Under the pieces are notes generated by a model that was not told the origin of the DNA, searched no databases, and saw only the letters and a program-made list of their open reading frames with translations. A stretch of DNA of 64,000 nt from Chloroflexota bacterium (GTDB taxonomy: Bacteria > Chloroflexota > Dehalococcoidia > UBA2979), in the NCBI GenBank assembly GCA_947470025.1, contig CANIRU010000002.1, positions 250-64,249 on the forward strand, in the 5' to 3' direction. Position numbers and translations under genes: made by a program. Positions 34,279 through 42,648 of this stretch are shown here, piece after piece (within the stretch, counting starts at the first letter, position 1; each line of letters opens with the position of its first letter).

Positions 34279-34473
34279 GTGGAACTCTGCTGGACCTGCA
34301 TCGGAGCATCCCGGGCCCGCACGGCGGCCGCCCGCACTCCGCAGCGCTCGTGCGAGCGACACCGTGTGGCTGTCCCCGTCCTCGTGCGGACACGCTCGCA
34401 GCAGGCCCGCGCTGGCTCGATCAAGCGCCCGCAGCAGCGCGCCGGGGGCTACGCCCTCAAGCAGGCCCGCTAG
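34279..34473 (+). CDS. Candidate small basic CxxC protein (64 aa), very uncertain
   Basis: GTG 34279 lies 6 nt after GAGGAG and GC3 is about 84% in this frame. The stop is directly followed by hairpin CTCGACG-TTG-CGTCGAG (34474-34490). The Arg/Ala-rich composition is also what spurious ORFs look like in GC-rich DNA. Confidence 0.2.
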   Translation: MELCWTCIGASRARTAAARTPQRSCERHRVAVPVLVRTRSQQARAGSIKRPQQRAGGYALKQAR

Positions 34474-34644
34474 CCTCGACGTTGCGTCGAGGCACCACGA
34501 CTGTCCGAACCTGCGCGTAGCCTCCTCCAAAGTACTGGTACTCGATCTGAGTGCGGCGGCCCCGCGCATACACCTCGAGGTGACTCGGAGCATCGAGGGA
34601 CATCCCCGACGACACACAGCGCAGCGGACGCCTACGATGGATGC

Positions 34645-35421
34645 ATGACATTTTGCCTCGGAATGAAATGCCGCGAAGGCCTGCTCGCGATCGCCGATAC
34701 CCGGATCACCTCGGGGACCGAGCTGTCGCAGGCCAAGAAGATCTCGATCCACGCCTACGAGCAGCACTCGATGTTCATCCTCACGAGCGGCCTCCGCTCC
34801 GTGCGGGACAAGGCGATCACCTACTTCGAAGAGCGCCTGAAAGGCGAGTCCGACAACCTCACCAAGATGTACATGGCCGCGAACGCGCTTGCCGAGGAGA
34901 TCCGACGCGTCCGCCGCGAGGATGGCGAGTGGCTCGCGAGCGACGGACTGTCGTTTGACCTGCACTGCATCTTCGGCGGCCAGCTCAAGGATGACGACGA
35001 GGCTCGGCTGTACCTCATCTACCCGGAGGGCAACTGGGTCGAAGTCCGCGCTGCCACGCCGTACGTGATCATCGGCGAGTCGAGGTACGGGAAGCCGATC
35101 CTCGACCGGGTCTGGGACTACGAGCAGGGACTGTTCGACGCGCTGCGCGTCGGGCTGCTGTCGTTCGATGCCACCCGCACGAGCGCCTCGGACGTCGACT
35201 ACCCCGTCGACGCGGTGCTCTACGAGCCGGGCACGTTCCAGATGCGCGAGGTGCGCCTGACACGCGAGGACCTGACGCCGCTCCAGGACTACTGGCAGGG
35301 GGCGATGCAGCACGCCGTGCAGGGCGCGGCACCATCCGTCGCGCACCTGTTCGACCGGCTCCACACCACCTCGCCGGCCCACACCCATTTCGGGGACTCC
35401 GACAGCGGCGCTTCCTCCTAA
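34645..35421 (+). CDS. Anbu-type proteasome-like protease (ancestral beta subunit, COG3484)
   Basis: MTFCLGMKCREGLLAIADTRITSG... has Thr2 positioned as an N-terminal nucleophile, with Asp17 and Lys33-like residues. Length is about 258 aa. It matches my recollection of Anbu (MTYC[LV]G...). Confidence 0.75.
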   Translation: MTFCLGMKCREGLLAIADTRITSGTELSQAKKISIHAYEQHSMFILTSGLRSVRDKAITYFEERLKGESDNLTKMYMAANALAEEIRRVRREDGEWLASDGLSFDLHCIFGGQLKDDDEARLYLIYPEGNWVEVRAATPYVIIGESRYGKPILDRVWDYEQGLFDALRVGLLSFDATRTSASDVDYPVDAVLYEPGTFQMREVRLTREDLTPLQDYWQGAMQHAVQGAAPSVAHLFDRLHTTSPAHTHFGDSDSGASS

Positions 35422-35524
35422 GACTGCCGCGCCCGCTTACTCGCGCCGATTGTGGATAAACGGGCGGTTCGATCCGCCCGCGCGCCGGTTCTGCGTGGCC
35501 GCAAGGGCCTAGAATCCAGAGGCT

Positions 35525-36895
35525 ATGGCGGCGGACATCCAACCGCGCTCCTCCGCCCGGCCGGTCAGACCGGCTCGGGTTCGTGCGCCGCGCGACGTGC
35601 TCGGCCGCGATTCGCTGCGCGCATTCGATACGTATTTCGCCAACGAGCAGTCGAACCTCGACGCGCTCGCGAGCGCAGTCGAGGAGCACCCCGAGTTCGG
35701 CGAGTTCTACACCGAGATGCTCGCGTCGCAGCGACGCAGCCTTGCCGAGCTGTCGTTCCGCATCGCCTCGCTGCTGCCGGATCCGGCACCGCCTCGACGC
35801 GCGCCTGCCGTGCTCACGGCCGCGTCGGCCGCAATGACCGCCGGCATCCACGCGATCGCGACCTCGGTGGAGGCGCTACGCGCACGGCCCCTCGCAAGCG
35901 GCCTCGTCACGGGTATCGCCGCGGTGTCCGTGGGTGCGGTGCTGATCGCCGCCACGCGCGAGGCGGCGATCACGGAGCGTTCACCGATCGGGCCGCGCAT
36001 CGCGTTCGCGGCTTCCGCCGCGACCGGGGCGCCCTCGCAGCCAGCCGCGATTGCCGCCAGAGCCACCGCCGTACCAACGCCCCAGCCCGGCGTGCTGGAG
36101 CGCCAACGCATCGTCACGATCTACGGACATCCGCACGCGAGGACCATGGGGCTCCTCGGAAAGTTCGATGACCCGCGCGACGCTGCACGCGAGGCGAAAC
36201 GGCTCGCCGCTGAGGCACAGGCCGCCGATGGCCGCCCGACGATCGGCGCACTGCACGTCATCGTGCACGTCGCGCAGGAGCATCAGACCTCGGACGGCAC
36301 GTATCTCGCGCGGCTCGGCCCCGAGGAGCTCCAGCCGTGGGTGGCGGCCGCCCGCGACAACGGCGTGCTGCTGATCCTCGACACCCAGATCGGCTGGTCG
36401 AACGCACTGACCGAGACGAAGCTGCTCGAACCGCTGCTCAAGTTGCCGTTCGTGCACCTCGCGCTGGACCCGGAGTTCGCGCTGAAGGGGCAGAACGTCG
36501 CTCCCGGCAAGCTCATCGGCACGCTCGACGGCGCGTCCGTGAATACCGTGCAGGCGTACCTCGGGGACCTCGTCCGGCGCGAGGGGCTGCCGCGCAAGAT
36601 GCTGATGCTGCACCAGTTCATGGAGGGCATGCTCACCGGCACCGCCACATACGCCCCCGACCCGGACATCGAGATCGTCGTGGACTTCGATGGCTACGGG
36701 CCGGTGGGCTCGAAGATCGAGGGCCACGCGCACTACGCCGTCGCGCCCTACGCGGAGCGGCCCGCGATGAAGCTGTTCACCGAGCACGACGAGCCGATGA
36801 TGAGCGTCCCGGACATCACCAGGTTCCTGCGCGAGCGCGCCGAGGCGCTCAGGGAGCCTGTCCCTGCCTCCCCGGATGTGATCGTCTACCAGTAG
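35525..36895 (+). CDS. Single-pass membrane protein with a conserved-looking extracytoplasmic domain, function unknown
   Basis: 456 aa. ATG 35525 follows CAGAGG. The architecture is a cytoplasmic N-domain of about 110 aa, one TM helix (GLVTGIAAVSVGAVLIAAT) and a C-domain of about 290 aa (ALHVIVHVAQ..., LILDTQIGW..., HLALDPEF...). Confidence 0.55.
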   Translation: MAADIQPRSSARPVRPARVRAPRDVLGRDSLRAFDTYFANEQSNLDALASAVEEHPEFGEFYTEMLASQRRSLAELSFRIASLLPDPAPPRRAPAVLTAASAAMTAGIHAIATSVEALRARPLASGLVTGIAAVSVGAVLIAATREAAITERSPIGPRIAFAASAATGAPSQPAAIAARATAVPTPQPGVLERQRIVTIYGHPHARTMGLLGKFDDPRDAAREAKRLAAEAQAADGRPTIGALHVIVHVAQEHQTSDGTYLARLGPEELQPWVAAARDNGVLLILDTQIGWSNALTETKLLEPLLKLPFVHLALDPEFALKGQNVAPGKLIGTLDGASVNTVQAYLGDLVRREGLPRKMLMLHQFMEGMLTGTATYAPDPDIEIVVDFDGYGPVGSKIEGHAHYAVAPYAERPAMKLFTEHDEPMMSVPDITRFLRERAEALREPVPASPDVIVYQ

Positions 36896-37001
36896 CACGC
36901 CTGTAATGACGGGCGAATCGCCCTAGCGCGAACATCCGGGCCGCGGTACCGTCCCGTGAAACCTCACGTTCACGGTAACTGCGGACTGGACCCGGGCGCA
37001 C

Positions 37002-38318
37002 GTGGCCTCGATCAGCACCTTCGACTCCCTGCGGCTGCGCGACTACCGCCTGCTCTGGCTGGGGCAGGTCAGCACGAGCATGGGCCAGTGGATGGACCAG
37101 ACCACCCGTGCGTGGCTGATCTTCGAGATCACTGGCTCGCCGTTTCAGCTTGGTGCTGTGACCGCCGCACGAGGCCTGCCGCTACTGCTGTTCGGCATCC
37201 TCGCGGGCGCGTTCGCGGACCGGTCCGGCCGCAAGATGCAGCTGATCGTGGCGCAGGTCGTGAACGGGCTGCTCAACTTCATCCTGGCGGCGCTGGTGAT
37301 CACCGGGCACGTGCAGGAGTGGCACGTCTATGTCACGGCGTTCCTCGCGGGGACCGTGCAGGCGTTCCAGCAACCGGCGCGCCAGACGCTGATCAGCGAC
37401 CTCGTGCCCGAGAACAAGCTGCTCAACGCACTCGCGCTGAACTCCGCCGCGCTCAACGGCTCGAGGATGATCGGCCCGGCCGTGGCCGGCCTCGTCATCG
37501 CGCAGGTGGGCACCGGTGGGTCGTACCTGATGCAGGCCGTGATCTACCTCTTCGCCACGATCTGGACGTTCCAGCTCCGCATCCCCGCGCGCGCCGAGAT
37601 CCTCGATGCGCTCGGTGCGGCGCAGCAGCGGCTGCCGTTCTTCCGCAGTATCGGCGAGGGGCTCGCGTTCGCTGCGAAGGAGCCGAACATCCGCGCGCAA
37701 TTGCTGCTCGGCCTGGGCCCGCTCACCTTCGCGATGTCGTACACGCCGCTGATGCCGCTGATCGCGGTGAACGTGCTGCACGGCGACGCCGCGCTCACCG
37801 GCTTCCTGCTCGGGTCGATCGGCGTCGGGGCGCTGCTCGGTGCCCTCGTCGTCGCATCGATGCGGCGCAATACGGGGTACGGGCTCTCCGTCGTCATCGG
37901 CGCGCTCTCGTTCAGCGCGGCGCTGTTCGCGTTCGCGTCGTCGAGCATCACCTGGCTCAGCCTCGTGCTCGGCGCCGTGCTCGGGCTGTTCAGCGTGACG
38001 TACACGACGCAGAACCAGTCGCTGCTGCAGGTGATGACGCCGAGGGCGCTGCGCGGGCGGGTGATGAGCATCTACCTGCTCAACCGCGGGCTCGTGCCGA
38101 TCGGCGCGCTGGTGGCGGGCTGGCTCGCCGAGCACTTCGGCGGGCCGGGCGCGATGCGCGGGCTCGCGCTGATCGCTGTCGCCATCGTCGCGGTCGTCGT
38201 GGCAACACATCCACGGATGCTGCGGCTCCAGGTGCCCATGGGCGAGCGGATTGGCGCGGGACCGCGAGGTCGGGCCGGTTCGGATGCACCTGCCCCCGTC
38301 GAGGAACGGGCGGGGTAA
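37002..38318 (+). CDS. MFS transporter (EntS/DUF894-like subfamily)
   Basis: FRLRDYRLLWLGQVSTSMGQWM... and FADRSGRK are typical of this subfamily, with about 12 TM helices. GTG start. Confidence 0.8.
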   Translation: MASISTFDSLRLRDYRLLWLGQVSTSMGQWMDQTTRAWLIFEITGSPFQLGAVTAARGLPLLLFGILAGAFADRSGRKMQLIVAQVVNGLLNFILAALVITGHVQEWHVYVTAFLAGTVQAFQQPARQTLISDLVPENKLLNALALNSAALNGSRMIGPAVAGLVIAQVGTGGSYLMQAVIYLFATIWTFQLRIPARAEILDALGAAQQRLPFFRSIGEGLAFAAKEPNIRAQLLLGLGPLTFAMSYTPLMPLIAVNVLHGDAALTGFLLGSIGVGALLGALVVASMRRNTGYGLSVVIGALSFSAALFAFASSSITWLSLVLGAVLGLFSVTYTTQNQSLLQVMTPRALRGRVMSIYLLNRGLVPIGALVAGWLAEHFGGPGAMRGLALIAVAIVAVVVATHPRMLRLQVPMGERIGAGPRGRAGSDAPAPVEERAG

Positions 38319-38421
38319 ACTGCGCGGGTTCTGTCAGCCCTGACGCGAGGGCGAGCACTCGACACTGCTTGAACGCACACTGCCGCGGACGCCTGAGGCG
38401 TCTGCTGGGATCGAGGATCGT

Positions 38422-39756
38422 TTGTCGCTCGTGAGTCGCGTCCCGTTCTACTACGGCTGGGTCATGGTGGGCACTGCGCTCGCCATCAACGCCGTGTCAT
38501 CGACCATGAACCCGGTGGTGTTCTCGTTCATGATCGGCCCGATGGCGCAGGAGCTCGGCGTGCCGACGAGCGAACTGTCGTGGTCGTTCACGCTGCGTCT
38601 GTTCGCGGGCGGCATCATCGGCCCGTACATGGGCGTGCTGCTCGACCGGCACGGCGCGCGCTGGATCGGCGTCGGGAGCGGCGCCCTGGTCGGCGCGATG
38701 CTGATCCTGCTGGCGTTCGTCCACAACATCTGGCTCGTCTACCTCGTCTTCGCGATCTCCGGGCTCGCGGGCCTCGGCGGGCCGGCGGGTCAGTTGCTGA
38801 CGCAGGTGCCGCTGGCAAAGTGGTTCGTGGTGAACCGCGGTCGCGCGCTGTCGGTCGCGACGATCGGCATGGCCGGCGGCACGATGTTCGCGATCCCGAT
38901 CACGGAGTGGCTGCTCACGCAGTACGGCTGGCGCGGCACGTCGATCATCTTTGGCCTCGTCGTCGCGTCCGTCGTGATCCCCGTGAGCGCGCTCCTCGTG
39001 CGGCGCTCCCCCGAGGACCTCGGCCTGCACCCCGACGGCGCGAAGGAGGCGCCCGCGGGTGCGGCACAGCACGCGCTCAGCCGCCACGCGCACCTCTCGA
39101 CCTCGCGCAACTGGACCGTGCGCGAGGCCATGCGCACCGTCGCGATGTGGCAGCTCCTCGGCGCGCTCATCCTCGCCGGTGCGGTGCTGACCGGGACGCT
39201 CGTGCACCGCGTGGACTACTTCAAGAGCCTCGGCGCGACCTCGGAGGCCGTTGCCTTCGGCACGGCGCTCGACCCGTTCACGGTGGTGTTCTCCGCCCTG
39301 CTCTTCGGCACCATTGCCGACCGAGTGCCCGTGCGGTACGTCGGTGCGTTCGGTCTCTTCGGACTGGCAGCCTCGATCATCCCGATGATCGTGTCTGAGG
39401 GACAGGCACTGACCGTCGTGCTGCACAACGTCACGTGGGGGGCGGCGGCGGGTGGCTACATCACGCTCAACAACATCGTCTGGCCGAACTACTTCGGCCG
39501 CGCGCACCTCGGCGCGATCCGCGGGATCGTGCTGCCGGCATCGATCGCCTCGTCGGGCCTCGGCCCACCGATCTTCGGGTACCTGCTCGACTCCGGGATA
39601 CAGCCATCGCACGTCTGGTACGTCTCGCTCACGTCCTTCGCCATCGCCGGCATCGCCGTCCTCTTCGCGCAGCCACCGCGCTGGACCGGCACTCCCGACA
39701 TCGAGGCCCCCACGCACGCATCGAGTAGTACGACCGCCGTCGGAGCCGCCCAATGA
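38422..39756 (+). CDS. MFS transporter (OFA-like)
   Basis: FYYGWVMVGTALAINAVSS... and LLDRHGARW, with about 12 TM helices. TTG 38422 or GTG 38431 start. Confidence 0.8.
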   Translation: MSLVSRVPFYYGWVMVGTALAINAVSSTMNPVVFSFMIGPMAQELGVPTSELSWSFTLRLFAGGIIGPYMGVLLDRHGARWIGVGSGALVGAMLILLAFVHNIWLVYLVFAISGLAGLGGPAGQLLTQVPLAKWFVVNRGRALSVATIGMAGGTMFAIPITEWLLTQYGWRGTSIIFGLVVASVVIPVSALLVRRSPEDLGLHPDGAKEAPAGAAQHALSRHAHLSTSRNWTVREAMRTVAMWQLLGALILAGAVLTGTLVHRVDYFKSLGATSEAVAFGTALDPFTVVFSALLFGTIADRVPVRYVGAFGLFGLAASIIPMIVSEGQALTVVLHNVTWGAAAGGYITLNNIVWPNYFGRAHLGAIRGIVLPASIASSGLGPPIFGYLLDSGIQPSHVWYVSLTSFAIAGIAVLFAQPPRWTGTPDIEAPTHASSSTTAVGAAQ

Positions 39757-41096
39757 CGACGCCACGCACCGAGGCGGCGGACGACGCGCTGCGACGCGAG
39801 CTGGCGGCGTTCCCCGACGAGCCCGAGCGTCAGCACGACCGCATCGGCACGCTGTACGCGTTCCGCTACTTCAATTACCGCCTGCTATGGGCGGGCGACG
39901 TGTTCACCGCCGCCGCGCAGTGGATCCAGCAGACCGCCGTGACCTGGGTCGTCCTCGAGCTGACGGGGTCGGGCAGCCTCACGGGCGCCGTTGGCCTGAT
40001 GCGCAGCCTGCCGATCCTGCTGCTGTCGCCCGTTGCAGGGACGACGAGCGACCGCGTGAGCCGCAACCGGATCATCTCCGTCAGTCAGATGATCATGGCG
40101 GTGCTGACGCTGATCGTTGCGTTCGATCTCCTCGCCGGGACGATGCAGGTGTGGCACCTGTTCGTGTTCACGCTGTTCGTGTCGGCGGCGCAGACGTTCA
40201 ACCTGCCCGCGCGGCAGGCGTTCGTGTTCGACATCGTGCCGCGTCGAGTGATCCCGAACGCGGTGGCGCTGTCGTGGCTGGCGTTCAGCCTCGCGCGGTC
40301 GCTCGGGACGGTCGGCGGTGGCCTGCTGATCGCTCGGTTCGGGCCGGCGAACAACTTCTTCATCCAGGCGGCGGCGTACCTGAGCGTCATGGTGACCGTG
40401 CTGATGATCCGCGGCCAGAAGGAGCGGGAGACGCGCGTCCGCAAGCCGTTCCTCGCGAGCATGCGCGAGGGCTACGTGTTCGTCGCGAGCGACCCGCAGG
40501 CGCGCATCTCGTTCGTGCTCAGCGTCATCTCGCCGGCGCTCCTCATCCCGCTGCACGCCGTGTTGTTACCGATCTTTGCGCAGCGCGTCTTCCACGAAAA
40601 CGCGGCGGGCTTCGGCATCCTCGCCGGTGCGATCGGCTTCGGCGGGCTCTTCGGCGGCGCGCTCACCGCGTCGCTGAACCACGTGGAACGCCGAGGCCTG
40701 CTCCAGCTGTTTGCGCTGATCATCATGGCGGGCGGCGAGTTGCTGTTCTGCATCGTCGGCGTCATGACGGGCCAGCTCTGGGTGGCCGTCCCGTTCCTGG
40801 TCGTCGCGGGCATCGCCGAGTCGCTCTACACGACGACGAACACCACGGTCATGCAGATGATCGCGCCGGAGCATCTGCGGGGGAGCATGGCTGCCCTGCT
40901 CCAGTTCTCGTTCATGATCATGCCGGTCGGCGGCCTGATCGCCGGGTGGAGCGCCGACATCATTGGCGCTCCGACCACCGGGATGATCCTCACGACGACG
41001 GCGCTGACCTCGGCGCTGCTGATCCTCGCGTTCTCGTCGAGGATGCGAAACCTCAAGCTGAGCGACCTGACGCGCGCCCGCGCTGCCGGCGAGTAG
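39753..41096 (+). CDS. MFS transporter (EntS/DUF894-like subfamily)
   Basis: FRYFNYRLLWAGDVFTAAAQWI... and TSDRVSRNR. Its start overlaps the upstream stop (ATGA). Paralog of 37002-38318. Confidence 0.8.
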   Translation: MTTPRTEAADDALRRELAAFPDEPERQHDRIGTLYAFRYFNYRLLWAGDVFTAAAQWIQQTAVTWVVLELTGSGSLTGAVGLMRSLPILLLSPVAGTTSDRVSRNRIISVSQMIMAVLTLIVAFDLLAGTMQVWHLFVFTLFVSAAQTFNLPARQAFVFDIVPRRVIPNAVALSWLAFSLARSLGTVGGGLLIARFGPANNFFIQAAAYLSVMVTVLMIRGQKERETRVRKPFLASMREGYVFVASDPQARISFVLSVISPALLIPLHAVLLPIFAQRVFHENAAGFGILAGAIGFGGLFGGALTASLNHVERRGLLQLFALIIMAGGELLFCIVGVMTGQLWVAVPFLVVAGIAESLYTTTNTTVMQMIAPEHLRGSMAALLQFSFMIMPVGGLIAGWSADIIGAPTTGMILTTTALTSALLILAFSSRMRNLKLSDLTRARAAGE

Positions 41097-41123
41097 AGCG
41101 AGCAAGAAGAACAGGACACGCAG

Positions 41124-42077
41124 ATGCGCATCGCACTGATCGAGGACTACCAGGACGAGGCGCGATCCTCGGCGGACTGGGGTTCGCTCCCGGCTGGGAC
41201 CGAGGTCATCGCGTTCCATGACCACATGGAGGACGAGGACGCGTTGGTCGAACGGCTGCGCGACTTCGATGTCGTGGTGGGCGTGCGGCAGCGCACATGG
41301 TTCACGCGCTCGCTGCTGCAGCGGCTGCCGAACCTCAAGCTGCTGATGAACGGTGGAGGCGCCGCGATCGATATGGTCGCCGCTGCTGAGCAGGGCGTCA
41401 CCATCTGCACCCTCGGCGGCACGAACACGGCCACCGCGGAGCAGACGTGGGCGCTGACGCTCGCGCTCGCCCGCAACGTGGTGCAAGAGGACCGCGCGAT
41501 GCGCGAGGGCCGCTGGCAGACCACCGTGGGCGTCGGCCTCGAGCGGAGCACGCTCGGCATCGTCGGCCTCGGGAACCTCGGCGGGCAGGTCGCCGCGTAC
41601 GGCAAGGCATTCGGGATGAACGTGATCGCGTGGAGCCGCAGCCTGACGCCTGAGCGCGCCGAGGAGAAGGGCGCGACGCTGGTGACGAAGGACGAGCTCT
41701 TCGAGCGCTCCGACTTCATCTCCGTGCACGTCTCACTGAGCGACGCCTCGCGCGGTCTGATCGGCGCGCGCGAGCTAGGGCTGATGAAGCCCACGGCGTT
41801 CATCGTGAACACCTCGCGCGGCCCGATCATCGAGGAGGCCGCGCTGCTCGCCGCGCTCCGCGAGCGCCGCATCGCCGGCGCGGGCCTCGACGTGTACGAC
41901 GTGGAGCCGATCCCGCACGACCACCCGTTCCTGGCGCTCGACAACGTCGTGCTCGCGCCGCACCTCGGCTTCGTCACGAAGCAGAGCTACGGGATTTTCT
42001 ACCGCCATGCGGTGGAGAACATCGCGGCGTTCATCGCCGGCGCGCCGATCCGCGTCGTCCCGCCGCCAGCCGGGTAA
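41124..42077 (+). CDS. D-isomer-specific 2-hydroxyacid dehydrogenase family protein
   Basis: NAD-binding GIVGLGNLGGQVA, catalytic region NTSRGPIIEEAAL, and GAGLDVY..EP...HP...NVVLAPHLG. Confidence 0.85.
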   Translation: MRIALIEDYQDEARSSADWGSLPAGTEVIAFHDHMEDEDALVERLRDFDVVVGVRQRTWFTRSLLQRLPNLKLLMNGGGAAIDMVAAAEQGVTICTLGGTNTATAEQTWALTLALARNVVQEDRAMREGRWQTTVGVGLERSTLGIVGLGNLGGQVAAYGKAFGMNVIAWSRSLTPERAEEKGATLVTKDELFERSDFISVHVSLSDASRGLIGARELGLMKPTAFIVNTSRGPIIEEAALLAALRERRIAGAGLDVYDVEPIPHDHPFLALDNVVLAPHLGFVTKQSYGIFYRHAVENIAAFIAGAPIRVVPPPAG

Positions 42078-42100
42078 CCCTCGACCGGTCGGAGCACGAA

Positions 42101-42128
42101 GAAGGGGGGCCCTCACGGGCGCCCCTTC
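42101..42128. terminator. Hairpin between convergent genes (one mismatch)
   Basis: GAAGGGGGGCCC-TCAC-GGGCGCCCCTTC, with 11 of 12 positions paired. Confidence 0.5.
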
Positions 42129-42151
42129 GCTCTGTCTGGGACCGGTCGAGG

Positions 42152-42565
42152 CTAGAGCTTCTCCCCGCCATCGACGACCGCTGCGCCAGCGCGCGCGATC
42201 TGCTCGTCTTCCTCGGCGGTCGCGCCGGAGACGCCGACCGCGCCGACGGTCTCCCCGCCCTTCTTCAGGACCACGGCGCCCTGCACGGGCATGAACCGGC
42301 CTGCCAGGCGCGCCGCGAGCGAGGCGGCGATCGACGGGTTGTTCTCGGCCATCGCCTTGAGCAGCACGGAGTCGCGGCCGGTGAAGGCGCTGCCGGCGGC
42401 CTTGCCCTCGGCGACCATCGTGGTCATGGGCGCGGTGCCGTTGAGCCGCTCCAGCACCACCGGCGCGCCGGTCTGGTCGACGACGACGATCGTGACGCCC
42501 TTGCCCATCTTCTGGGCCTCGGCACGGGACGCAGCGAGGATCTGCTGCGCGTCTTCGGTCTTCAT
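42152..42565 (-). CDS. GlcG/HbpS-like heme-binding protein (DUF336)
   Basis: 137 aa. VTIVVVDQTGAPV...GGAVVLKKGGETVGAVGVSGATAEEDEQIA is the characteristic pattern. ATG 42565 lies 7 nt after GGAAGGA. Confidence 0.8.
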   Translation of the reverse strand: MKTEDAQQILAASRAEAQKMGKGVTIVVVDQTGAPVVLERLNGTAPMTTMVAEGKAAGSAFTGRDSVLLKAMAENNPSIAASLAARLAGRFMPVQGAVVLKKGGETVGAVGVSGATAEEDEQIARAGAAVVDGGEKL

Positions 42566-42648
42566 GCGTATGTCCTTCCGTCGAGATGAGCCGATGCCCG
42601 GCCCAGCGCGAGTATGTCTGGACAGACGAACGCCCGCCAGTCCTCGCA

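Noticed and set aside
35462-35479. A hairpin GGGCGG-TTCGAT-CCGCCC downstream of Anbu that resembles a tRNA T-arm.
   Set aside because: It has a 6-bp stem and 6-nt loop, not the canonical 5/7 geometry, and no complementary acceptor strand lies about 48 nt upstream. It is most likely just a weak terminator hairpin.
36946-36952. Short palindromes such as GGTACCG upstream of the MFS operon and GATATC inside the 24164-24191 hairpin, considered as possible restriction or regulatory sites.
   Set aside because: Isolated 6-7-nt palindromes are expected by chance. Only the clustered CGTGA/TCACG sites seemed worth reporting.
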